Shown: positions 10,201 through 18,812 of the stretch, in pieces
Position numbering within the stretch: the first letter of the stretch is position 1
Layout: each line of letters starts with the position of its first letter
From: Phycisphaeraceae bacterium
Lineage (GTDB): Bacteria > Planctomycetota > Phycisphaerae > Phycisphaerales > Phycisphaeraceae
NCBI GenBank assembly: GCA_963674705.1
Contig: OY771506.1
Coordinates: 1,536,001 to 1,600,000 of the forward strand
Direction of reading: 5' to 3'
DNA: 64,000 bases
Notes under the pieces: generated by a model
Told to the model about the DNA's origin: nothing
Databases searched by the model: none
Seen by the model: only the letters and a program-made list of their open reading frames with translations
Translations under genes and position numbers: made by a program

Positions 10201-10409
10201 ATGATTGTGCCGTGGAAGTGTTAGAAGGTGGAACAAGGATTAACGCTGATGAACACAGATAGCGCGATGTGTATTCTTTAATTACTGGTTACTGTGTTTG
10301 ACACTTCATGATCAAACTTTTATTTTTTGTGTGGTTTGCTGATTCCGAGGCCTTTACCAGCGGTGCCGCTTGGGGTACTCGGGGCAGATTTGAGAATTCG
10401 GAGGGCTGC

Positions 10410-10979
10410 ATGTCTAGGTATTTACATTTCGGTAGTACATTGTTGGTCGTCGGGTGTTTCGCCTCAATATCACAAGCATCTATTTGGGCTACTGGTGTTT
10501 ATGATTCTTATGTTCCAAGTACGATGAATACTCATCCGTTAGAGAATGCTCTGGGGCCGGCAGATTACCCGGATGGTGCGGGCTACACATTGGAGGTGCT
10601 TAACCAATATGTGGCGTCAGTGGGGCAAGATGGGTACGTTACTTACAGCTTTGATCAGGCATTTGTCGACGGGCCAGGAGATGATCTGTTTCTCTGGCAC
10701 ATCGGAGGCGGATCGCCCGAAACGGGTGAATTGCTTGTCAGCGCGGACGGCATTAACTTCACTTATGTCGGTCTGATTGATGATAGCGTTGGTGTCGGAT
10801 CTGTAGGATATGATCTTGCAGGTATCATTACCGATCCTGTCAGTTATGTTAAGATCGCTGACTTGGCAGACGACAACAACGCGGTTGATATCGATGCTAT
10901 CGAAGCCAAGTATATACCAGAACCCGCCGTGTTTAGCCTGTTATCTCTGGGTGCATTGGCTTTTATGCGTCGACACTAA
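10410..10979 (+). CDS. Small secreted PEP-CTERM protein
   Basis: Signal peptide; C-terminus IPEPAVFSLLSLGALAFMRRH; RBS ggagg before the ATG at 10410. Confidence 0.85.
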   Translation: MSRYLHFGSTLLVVGCFASISQASIWATGVYDSYVPSTMNTHPLENALGPADYPDGAGYTLEVLNQYVASVGQDGYVTYSFDQAFVDGPGDDLFLWHIGGGSPETGELLVSADGINFTYVGLIDDSVGVGSVGYDLAGIITDPVSYVKIADLADDNNAVDIDAIEAKYIPEPAVFSLLSLGALAFMRRH

Positions 10980-11010
10980 ATAGTGAGATATTGATAATCT
11001 ACATGACATC

Positions 11011-11037
11011 GGGCGGTTCAATGAACCGCCCTTTTTT
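11011..11037 (+). terminator. Rho-independent terminator
   Basis: gggcggttca-a-tgaaccgccc followed by a T-tract. Confidence 0.85.
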
Positions 11038-11288
11038 GATAAAGAATCTTTTAGGATTGATTTTGTTCCCGACGAAGTGCACGATTTTGAGTATGCCTGG
11101 CGGCAGGTAATAGGCAACAGGCGGGGGATCATTGATTTGCACATATTGACACTAATCAAGCGATGGGGATTAGTGTGGATTAGCCTTCTAAGTGGTTATG
11201 GATTTGTTGTTCTGCCGTGGTGGGTTGCGCTTCGCTTGGCCGCAGCCTGCAAATTACAAGTACGCATGCTGCTTACTGAGTACGGCGT

Positions 11289-12713
11289 TTAGTTCTCATC
11301 GGAATCCGTGTTGTAAGCAAGTGCTCGGATATGCTGGGGGGATAATTGCAGGGGATGGGTGCGTTCTACGATCAGGCCGTTTCGTATTACGAAAGCGGTG
11401 GGATAACCTGTAATACCGTACGCGACGAACATCGACTGATCTGTGTCACAACCGATCCAGGAATGTATCGGCGTCTCTTTCACAAAGCGTTCTACGACAT
11501 CGGGTTCATCGAATGTTACCGACAAGAATTCGATGCCCTCGGGGTGCAACGCTTGATAGAGATGATTCATGTGCGGGATAGACTTAACGCATCCGGTGCA
11601 CAACGTGCTCCAAAACTCAATCACGATCGTTTTGTTTTCAAGGTTATCCCAGGATAACTGCAAACCTGCCGGCGTATTCAGCATATGCTTGATGCTGATG
11701 GGTGGTGCGGGATCGCCGGGCCCCACTTGCTTTGGGGGTGCGGTGAAGTACGAGAGGGCATCCTCATCGAACATTGACTGAGGGGGGATGATGTCCTGGT
11801 CAATGAGTATTCGTTGTTGTCTGACAGACTTTACCGTTTCAAATCCGTTTGCGGAGCGCTTGGGCCGTTCGGTCTCGTACGTATTGACGAACCGGCTGGC
11901 ATACCAGGTGCCGGTGTGTGTCTGTTGAACCTCTGCCACGCATCTTTCTATGCGGAACCCGCGAGGGAATGTGCCGGTTATATCGCCTTCTCTTACATGA
12001 CGCATCAGTACGTAATTCTTGCTCTTGTCGAACCAATACGTATCACAACTTTGGGTGGGTCGGCCGACATCCTTGCGGTTGGCTGTCGTTTTAACCTTTA
12101 ATCCAATCCAGTTCGGGTCCTCATCTGAATCCGGATCCAACAGGTCCAGCTCGAAGTGACGTGTCGGCGATTGGTTTGCCAATAAATCAACGACCCGCCA
12201 CATGAGATTCTCGGGAACAGATCGCTCAGGATGCCGATCGTGAGTCGAGTGCGTCCTATCGCCGTTCTGTAGAACTTCAAATACCCGCCCATCAATACAG
12301 GCAATCTCACGATAGGTTGGAAGCTCGGATTCGTACGAGATGAATTCGGATGTTGTGAGGCTTGACCAATGCTGTTTAAGGTCGGCGGGTATACCCGGGA
12401 TGTCGGGATTGTTTCCGGCATAATACTGCTTAGATATCACCTTGTTATCCAGCCGCCGCACGAGACACACATTCATCGGCGCCCAGCTATCCCCTTCTGC
12501 CTTTGATTCAATAATCAATCCACTGTAATCGCCCAACCCCGCTTTGTACTGCCGGCCGATCTGTTCAAGCAGCTGCATTTTCATACCCCCCATTAGCGAC
12601 AGGTTTCTTCTGTAGATTATAGTGCTTGAGGGGGTAAAAGGTGATGGGCGTGGTGTTTTCCGGCTTGGGATTGTTGATAGCGTTCCGTGGCTCGTAACGG
12701 TGTTTGATCCCAT
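11289..12713 (-). CDS. Protein with a C-terminal TlpA/redoxin domain; start uncertain, possibly a 5'-truncated remnant
   Basis: C-terminal VGPGDPAP, IVIEFWSTLCTGC (CxxC) and YGITGYPTAFVI. The N-terminal region is low-complexity. Confidence 0.65.
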   Translation of the reverse strand: MGSNTVTSHGTLSTIPSRKTPRPSPFTPSSTIIYRRNLSLMGGMKMQLLEQIGRQYKAGLGDYSGLIIESKAEGDSWAPMNVCLVRRLDNKVISKQYYAGNNPDIPGIPADLKQHWSSLTTSEFISYESELPTYREIACIDGRVFEVLQNGDRTHSTHDRHPERSVPENLMWRVVDLLANQSPTRHFELDLLDPDSDEDPNWIGLKVKTTANRKDVGRPTQSCDTYWFDKSKNYVLMRHVREGDITGTFPRGFRIERCVAEVQQTHTGTWYASRFVNTYETERPKRSANGFETVKSVRQQRILIDQDIIPPQSMFDEDALSYFTAPPKQVGPGDPAPPISIKHMLNTPAGLQLSWDNLENKTIVIEFWSTLCTGCVKSIPHMNHLYQALHPEGIEFLSVTFDEPDVVERFVKETPIHSWIGCDTDQSMFVAYGITGYPTAFVIRNGLIVERTHPLQLSPQHIRALAYNTDSDEN

Positions 12714-12754
12714 TTCCCTTTTTCAAGTGGTTTGTGGGTGTGTTGTTGTGCTGT

Positions 12755-12785
12755 GGTGGGTAGTGCTTTGCTCCACCCACCCTAC
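12755..12785 (-). repeat. GTAG-type REP element
   Basis: The minus strand reads GTAG-GGTGGGT-ggagcaaagcact-ACCCACC: a GTAG tag plus hairpin. Confidence 0.55.
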
Positions 12786-12863
12786 AAAGTGCAAGTACCC
12801 ATGCTGCTTGCTGGAGGAGGATGAGTAAGCGATGCGCCTCTTTGCGCCATACTACCGTCAAGG

Positions 12864-13085
12864 CTACTCAGTACTCGTGTCCTCGCTGAAAGTGAACACG
12901 TCTTCGACTCGACAGTTGAAACTGCGAGCAATGCGGAATGCCAAGGCAAGCGATGGTGTGTACTTGCCAGCCTCAAGCGCAATGATGGTCTGCCGGGTAC
13001 AGCCTGCTTGCTGTGCAAGTTCTTCTTGCGTCATCTCATTATGGTCGAAGCGAAGACGCCGAATGTTGTTTGTGATCTCAGGCAT
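12864..13085 (-). CDS. XRE-family helix-turn-helix transcriptional regulator
   Basis: [43 protein letters not shown]. The ATG at 13085 overlaps the upstream stop. Confidence 0.9.
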   Translation of the reverse strand: MPEITNNIRRLRFDHNEMTQEELAQQAGCTRQTIIALEAGKYTPSLALAFRIARSFNCRVEDVFTFSEDTSTE

Positions 13086-13488
13086 CGGAAGCCTCCACGT
13101 GACGGCCATAGAGAACCAGGATCGCAACACTCCGAGTGAAGAAGAAGACGATGGCACCGAGCATTGTGATTGTCCCGAGCACATGCACCCATACCTGCTC
13201 CTGACGTTGAAAAGCAAAAACGACGAACCATGTGCCCATACACCCAATGACGAACGCCATGTAGGAGGCCATAGCACCTGCCAGAGTAGCCCTTCGCGCA
13301 ATGTGCGTGTCGCGTTCGTCGACTGCTTCATGGCGACCGATCAGGCCAGCGAATCCATTGATGCCGTAGAAGGCAAAGGCCGCAGTCGCGACAACTGGCC
13401 CGAAGAGTGGAAGCAGCACAAAGTACCCCAGTACACAAGCACTCATCGTTACTACGCCAAGCCAAGCTCGTTTCTGTTCTGCGTTCAT
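13078..13488 (-). CDS. Small membrane protein (DUF2178-like), co-transcribed with the XRE regulator
   Basis: Four hydrophobic segments; DERDTHI motif; RBS aggag. Confidence 0.75.
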   Translation of the reverse strand: MNAEQKRAWLGVVTMSACVLGYFVLLPLFGPVVATAAFAFYGINGFAGLIGRHEAVDERDTHIARRATLAGAMASYMAFVIGCMGTWFVVFAFQRQEQVWVHVLGTITMLGAIVFFFTRSVAILVLYGRHVEASDA

Positions 13489-13520
13489 TTTGGGTCTCCT
13501 GTGTATGCTGTGACAAACAT

Positions 13521-13561
13521 AATGTACGCTATATAATACTTAATGTCAAATCTATTTTACA
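13521..13561 (-). promoter_or_regulatory. Sigma70-like promoter with an overlapping palindromic operator
   Basis: Minus strand TTGACA-N17-TACATT. The imperfect palindrome TGTAAAA-taga-TTTGACA covers the -35. Confidence 0.6.
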
Positions 13562-13589
13562 TCATTTCTGCAAAAAAGAAACGTAAACT

Positions 13590-13785
13590 ATGCCCTCGGC
13601 CCGTGGCATCCGAGCAGGATGCGCTTTCGTCGAGCTTTTCGCCGACGACACCAAGCTCGTGCGCGGGTTGCGCCGGGCGGAGAAGCGACTCAAGGCCTTC
13701 GGCGACCGCATCCGCAACTTCGGGTTGAAGATTGCGGATCTCGGTACGGCCATGCTCACGCCGATGCTCGGCGCGGCCACCGACT
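13590..13785 (+). pseudogene. N-terminal fragment of a phage tail tape-measure-like protein
   Basis: MPSARGIRAGCAFVELFADDTKLVRGLRRAEKRLKAFG resembles tape-measure N-termini as I recall them. After about 65 codons the sequence becomes unrelated. Confidence 0.6.
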
Positions 13786-13954
13786 GCGAGGTATTCATGC
13801 TGAAAGAACTCCACGATCAGGGCCTCATGACCCACATGCCGTTCCTCACGCCCGGCGAGGATGGACATTGCGGGCTCCTTGCGGAAGCGCCCACAACGGC
13901 CTTCGCTTGGCGACCGGCTCGCTGTCTGGCTAGGTCAAGATGGTGGGGTAGTAA

Positions 13955-14797
13955 TCAATTACCCGGCGCGAGTTCGAAATGGCGGTAGGTTCCGAAAGCA
14001 ACCCGGCTGTTAATCAGGCTCGATCTGTTGACGTGTCTCATATCGGGGCCAGGCGCCGTTTTCCCCAAGTAATATAAGATTGCTTCTAATGCTCGACGCA
14101 TGTCCGTGATGAAGTCGGTTGGAGGATTATCCATCAATTCGAAACCAGGGAAAGCACCCCATTCGAAGGCATGACGAATATAAGCGATAAAACCAAAACC
14201 ATGTCTCTCATTCAAGATGAGTGAATCGGCCGCAGGGAGCATCGTGCCTATCGAATAGGGTACTCCCCCACTGATATTTGCCTTGTGGATATTATCAGGG
14301 GCGAAGGCGAGTTGGAATGGGCCATCTTTGTCTGCGCCGCTCTCAACGCGATCATATTCCCAAGCCTCAAACTCCGACTCGATATACTCACGGCTGAGAT
14401 CGACAACGAGGGGATCGGTATAGAGTGTTTCGCCTTCTGCAAGGCCGTGGTATCCCACAAAGTCCCATTCCGGCGCGGTTCCTCTAAGATCGACAGTGCC
14501 CACCTCGTAAAGCCATGCGATCAATGCTACAGGTATGTTGATCCCCTTTTCTGTGAAGTACGCCGGCCAATCTGCAATATCTGGGGGCGGGGGTAAGTGA
14601 ATCCGTTGGGGGTCGGCGAATACATAGCCACGTGCATGAAGGCGCTGCACGATCATTTCCACGTTCGTTCTTGCCTGGCGCATTATTGAGCGAGCCACCT
14701 CGAGGGCTTCGTAGTAAAACTCGATATTCTCAAGCCTGTGTTGCTCGGATACGATGTACGCCCAGTGCATCTGTTTATGCCATAGATCCTGACTCAT
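13955..14797 (-). CDS. Conserved-looking hypothetical protein (possibly SMI1/KNR4-like immunity fold)
   Basis: Motifs IPVALIAWLYEVG, DPLVV, APDNIHKANISGGVPY and FIAYIRHAFEWGAFPGF. Start uncertain. Confidence 0.55.
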   Translation of the reverse strand: MSQDLWHKQMHWAYIVSEQHRLENIEFYYEALEVARSIMRQARTNVEMIVQRLHARGYVFADPQRIHLPPPPDIADWPAYFTEKGINIPVALIAWLYEVGTVDLRGTAPEWDFVGYHGLAEGETLYTDPLVVDLSREYIESEFEAWEYDRVESGADKDGPFQLAFAPDNIHKANISGGVPYSIGTMLPAADSLILNERHGFGFIAYIRHAFEWGAFPGFELMDNPPTDFITDMRRALEAILYYLGKTAPGPDMRHVNRSSLINSRVAFGTYRHFELAPGN

Positions 14798-14867
14798 GTG
14801 ATTTACCATACGCAGTTCTACTGGACATGTCAGCCCGGTGTTGGATTGTGTAAAAACACTCAACCAG

Positions 14868-15194
14868 TCACAGCCGTTTAAGCAGATCAAAGTCGCCTGC
14901 GGCGAGGGCGCGTTTTTTGGCTCGGGTCCAGCGTTTGAGTTGGCGTTCGCGTTGTTCGGCTTGGCTGCGGCTGGTGAAAGGTTCGACGTGGATGACGCGC
15001 TTGGGTGGGTGGGTTTTGGTGAAGCGGGAGCCGCCTTGCTTGTGTTCGGCCCAGCGGCGCAGCAGGTGGTTGGTGCAGCCGACTTAGAGCCAGTTATCTT
15101 GGCATTCGAGGATGTAGACGTAGGCGACGATCTTTTCGCCTTTCTTCTTTCCCTTCGACTCGCTTTGCTTGCTCAGGATTGGTTGGCTGGACAT
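14868..15194 (-). pseudogene. GIY-YIG nuclease (YhbQ/UPF0213-like) with an in-frame stop
   Basis: Manual translation: AYVYILECQDNWL*VGCTNHLLRRWAEHKQGGSRFTK...EPFTSRSQAEQRERQLKRWTRAKKRAL. The TAA at 15084-15086 replaces the Tyr of the YIG/YVG motif. Confidence 0.85.
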
Positions 15195-15340
15195 GGCAGG
15201 CTCCCGGTACCCGATTGACCCGTTCGACTCGCTGCGCTCGCTCAGGGTTCTTCGACTTGGGCCCGGAATGGACGCTGTAAACGACAACTCGCTACGGTCA
15301 CTCAGTTTAGAATTCTGAGCGAGCGTAGCGAGTCGAAGAA

Positions 15341-15412
15341 CTCCCCGGGCTGGATTCGAACCAGCAACCAAGTGATTAACAGTCACCTACTCTACCGTTG
15401 AGCTACCGGGGA
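15341..15412 (-). tRNA. tRNA-Asn(GTT)
   Basis: TCCCCGGTAGCTCAACGGTAGAGTAGGTGACTGTTAATCACTTGGTTGCTGGTTCGAATCCAGCCCGGGGAG folds as a cloverleaf with anticodon GTT. No CCA is encoded. Confidence 0.97.
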
Positions 15413-15593
15413 TTCTGGATGTCGGGCCGTAAAGGGTAGCATTTGTATCGGGGTTTTCAAGTGGGGACTTCGGCTCGCTTTGCTCGCTCAGTGTTGGGTT
15501 TGGGGGTTGGGGACTGGGGGTTGGGGCGAGGAAGGGTTATCGGACTAGGCTGGGTTGGAGGGGGGATGACGTCGGGCCTTGGGATGGCTGGGG

Positions 15594-15616
15594 GCCCACA
15601 GACGGCGTCTGTGGGC
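15594..15616. repeat. Perfect 10-bp hairpin, REP-like
   Basis: gcccacagac-ggc-gtctgtgggc. Confidence 0.5.
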
Positions 15617-15870
15617 TTCGGGGGGGGAGACGGGGGTTTGGTTGTGATTGTGTGGGGGGGCTTCGACTTGCTGGGCTCGCTCAGTATGGGACTTTTTGAT
15701 TGGGCGGGGGCTAAGCTTTGTGGGTGTCGTGGGTTGTGGATTTTTAGGGGGGAATCCTGGGCGAGCGCGGTGGGTGTGGCGAGTCGAGGGGGTCGATGAG
15801 GGCGGTTTGCGGTGGTATACTTGAGGGTTTATAGCGCGGCGAAGACCGCCCGGCGGCGAGGATATTTGCA

Positions 15871-16632
15871 ATGGCGACCAGCTTTGGTGCCCTGTGCACC
15901 GACTTCTATATCAATCAGAAACTCTCGCTGAAGATGGACTTACCGTCTGAGCGGGACACGCTGTTGCACTTCTTCGACCAGGTCCGCAAGACCCAGCCGG
16001 GGATGACGCGGTTCAGGCGGTACGAGGGGGAGCTGAGCCTGGAATCGAGCAGGCGTGAGGCGGAGTACACCTGGCTGAGCCTGCAGCAGAACAGCATCCG
16101 CACGGGGCATGTGAACCCGGACGCGATGGAAGATGCGTATGCGTATCACCAGCGGATGCTGGAGATTGCGCCGTTCTACCTGACGCTGAGCCCGCTGGAT
16201 GTGGATTATGTGGAGCTGATGTTCGGGTTCGATATCGAGTGCAAGGAGGACCACGACGAGGTGGTGTACCGGGCTCTGTATGAAGATACGAAGGTTGGCG
16301 GGTTGCTCCAGCCGGCGGGTCTGTCGAAGGACGCGAGCGTGCTGGATGTGCAGCCTGTGTTCGGGCTGAACCTGGCGGAAGACGGGCAGTTGCAGGCGTA
16401 CTTCGAGGTGAAGACGCGCAGGCGTTCACGACGCGGATCGGGCAGGCGGTACTCGCAGGAGCCGATCAGCCTGTTCGTGACGATCCGCAACTACGGCCCG
16501 ATCGACAAGCTCGACGACCTCAAACAAATCACAACCGAACTGGGCAAGTACTGCGAGGCGCTGGCAACAGAGCGGCTGATCCCGAACCTGTTGAACCCGA
16601 TCGTACAGCACATTTCGCCGAGCAGTCGTTGA
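15871..16632 (+). CDS. Hypothetical protein
   Basis: 253-aa ORF with strong GC3 codon bias and RBS gagga. No motif recognised. Confidence 0.8.
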   Translation: MATSFGALCTDFYINQKLSLKMDLPSERDTLLHFFDQVRKTQPGMTRFRRYEGELSLESSRREAEYTWLSLQQNSIRTGHVNPDAMEDAYAYHQRMLEIAPFYLTLSPLDVDYVELMFGFDIECKEDHDEVVYRALYEDTKVGGLLQPAGLSKDASVLDVQPVFGLNLAEDGQLQAYFEVKTRRRSRRGSGRRYSQEPISLFVTIRNYGPIDKLDDLKQITTELGKYCEALATERLIPNLLNPIVQHISPSSR

Positions 16633-16677
16633 GGATGGGGTGTGGGGGTTGGGGTAAGGCATATCACCGGGACGTTA

Positions 16678-18402
16678 CTACTTCACCTTTTCCAGCGGGA
16701 TGAAGCGTTGGGGGATGAGTTCGTCTTCGAACGCATCGAGGGGGACGGCGATCATGGTGTCGCCCTTGAGGTGGTCCTTGCGGACGTTGATCGGGCGTTT
16801 GACGGCGAGTTTGTCGTCGTGTTTGACGATGAGCTGGACCTGGAGGGTGGATTTATCGACTTTGTAGAAGCTGCCGTTGAACCATTCCCATCGGGTTTCG
16901 CGGCTCCATGCCTGGCTGGGGATGCGTGACATGAGGACTTCGGCATCGGGTTGCTGATGGTTCCAGCCGTCGATGGCGATGGCGACGACGTCGTCGCGGT
17001 CGGCGCCGGTGTAGGCGTCGGAAGGCAACTGATTGTTTGCGATGATCTGCGCTTCGAGGGCTTTAGCGCGTTGTTTGATTTGCTGGCGGACTTCTTCAAG
17101 GCGGTCGACGTAGGGTTTGGCTTCCTCTTCGCCGAAGGCGCGGATGACGATGAGTTTTTGTTCAGCCCAGCCGAAGCGTTGCTCGATGCCGCTGTTAGTC
17201 CCGAAGTACATGGCGTTCTGCTTGGCGACGCCTTCGTCGGCGAGTTTGACGGCTTCTTGTAAGTCGGCTTCGAAGAGTTCGGGTAGTTGCTGTTTGTATG
17301 CGATCAGCGACTGGGCGAACTGGTTGCGTTTGGTCTGGAAGTGGTTGAAGAGTTTTTCGAGTTTGTCGCCTTCCTGGGTGCGCTGTTCGACGAGGGGGAG
17401 GTAGGTCTTGGCGATGCGCTGTATTTCGGACATGACCTGGCTGTCCTCTGCGATGACCTTGGCGAGCTGTTCGGGCTGCTGGACGGACATGTTGAAGTCG
17501 TAGTATCGACGGGCGAAGTCGCCGAGCAGTTCGTAGTCTTTGTCGTAGTTGGGGTAGTGCTCCATGCCGGTGAGTTTGGCGAGTTCTGTGTTGATGGCTG
17601 TGAGACGCGAGTCGAGTGCGCCGATGCGGTCGCCGGCCTGTTTGACGGCGTCGGCGACGGGCTTGACCTGTGGATGATCGGCGGGGAGTTGCTCGATGTA
17701 GCCGACGGCGAGCTTGTGTTTTTCCTTGCCGGTGGCGACGTTCTGCAAGGCATCGCGGACTTCACGGTGTACGGGCTTGGGCTCATCGCCTTCGGCATCA
17801 AACCTGGCGAGGACGGCGGCGGCTTTGTCGGCGTAGCTGTTGGTTTCGCGGACGTACCAGTTGGCATCCTTGACGAGTTTTTCCTGTGTGTAGTGGAGCT
17901 TGGGCGCTTGTTCGGGTTGCGCGGCGGGGGCTGGGTCGGCAGAGGAATCACTGCTTGAATCATCAACGGACTCGCTATCCGCGGGTGCTTGTTCTTTGTT
18001 GTCGGCCGGGGGATGGATGATGGCGTTGACTTCTTTGATGCCGGCAGCGACGGCGTTGTACGATTCGAGCACCGGGGTAACGGCATCATCATCTGCGGGA
18101 AGTTGATCGAGCGATTCCTTAGCCTGGCCGAGGCGCTGCTGCGCGGACTGTAAGCGCATCTCGGTGAGTCGGACGCGACTGCCTTTGGCGGGGTTGGATG
18201 GGGTGCCGGCCGAGCTGCGCGCGGCTTCGAGGTCGGCGTTGGCGTTCTTGATGTAGTTCTGCGCCTGGGCGAGTACCGCTTGTTGTTGATCGTCTAGCGC
18301 GAGGCAGGCGGATGAACTGAATAGTGTTGCGGTGATACAAACAACAGCCAGTACCAGGTTGGTCAATGTCTGCTGCGAACGCTTGGTTGGATATGCCCAC
18401 AT
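16678..18402 (-). CDS. Secreted alpha-helical hypothetical protein
   Basis: Signal peptide, Ala/Gln/Lys-rich helical body with a Pro/Ser linker, and RBS aggag. Confidence 0.8.
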   Translation of the reverse strand: MWAYPTKRSQQTLTNLVLAVVCITATLFSSSACLALDDQQQAVLAQAQNYIKNANADLEAARSSAGTPSNPAKGSRVRLTEMRLQSAQQRLGQAKESLDQLPADDDAVTPVLESYNAVAAGIKEVNAIIHPPADNKEQAPADSESVDDSSSDSSADPAPAAQPEQAPKLHYTQEKLVKDANWYVRETNSYADKAAAVLARFDAEGDEPKPVHREVRDALQNVATGKEKHKLAVGYIEQLPADHPQVKPVADAVKQAGDRIGALDSRLTAINTELAKLTGMEHYPNYDKDYELLGDFARRYYDFNMSVQQPEQLAKVIAEDSQVMSEIQRIAKTYLPLVEQRTQEGDKLEKLFNHFQTKRNQFAQSLIAYKQQLPELFEADLQEAVKLADEGVAKQNAMYFGTNSGIEQRFGWAEQKLIVIRAFGEEEAKPYVDRLEEVRQQIKQRAKALEAQIIANNQLPSDAYTGADRDDVVAIAIDGWNHQQPDAEVLMSRIPSQAWSRETRWEWFNGSFYKVDKSTLQVQLIVKHDDKLAVKRPINVRKDHLKGDTMIAVPLDAFEDELIPQRFIPLEKVK

Positions 18403-18812
18403 GGGATAGCTCCTGATTACCAGGCCATGCGGTTTGCCCGCACGGTTATGAATACACTTTTGAATACCACGCCCCGAGTCGCAGGTGACTCGAATGAATC
18501 ATCTTAGCATAAACCCGGATATGCGCTATGTCTTTTGCAGGAAAGATATGTTTATTCGCTGAGAGATTAGCAGACTTTTCAGTGTTGTTTGTGTGGCGAG
18601 TTCCGGTCAAGCCGTGGCGGGAAGTAGGGCAAATACTCATAACGGCTCAAACAATCAGGCCGGTTTTAACGGTTGCGATGATTGATGTGCTGACTGGTTA
18701 ACGTGTGCGGTCGCATTAAGCTTTTACCTGACTGCAAGCGTCTAACGTCCGATTTGAGATGGACCGATCTTGTGACAATACAGTGCGGACGGTTTTTTGG
18801 GAGACACCGTCG

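Larger units (their letters stand above)
15153..15684. repeat. Six copies of a 24-bp repeat, consensus CTTCGACTCGCTnnGCTCGCTCAG
   Basis: Copies at 15153, 15222, 15287 (degenerate), 15315-15338 (inverted), 15468 and 15661. Confidence 0.8.

Noticed and set aside
13994..14017. tRNA-Asn-like fragment (aagcaacccggctgttaatcagg) as an att site
   Set aside because: It is in the opposite orientation to the tRNA, the match is short, and there is no T-arm or acceptor stem.
15084..15086. Stop-codon recoding in the GIY-YIG gene
   Set aside because: TAA terminates many normal genes in this window; a single nonsense mutation is the simpler explanation.
14838..15218. 126-aa + strand ORF
   Set aside because: It is the antisense shadow of the GIY-YIG pseudogene.
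15153..15684. CRISPR array
   Set aside because: The repeats are irregularly spaced, degenerate and in both orientations, and there are no cas genes.
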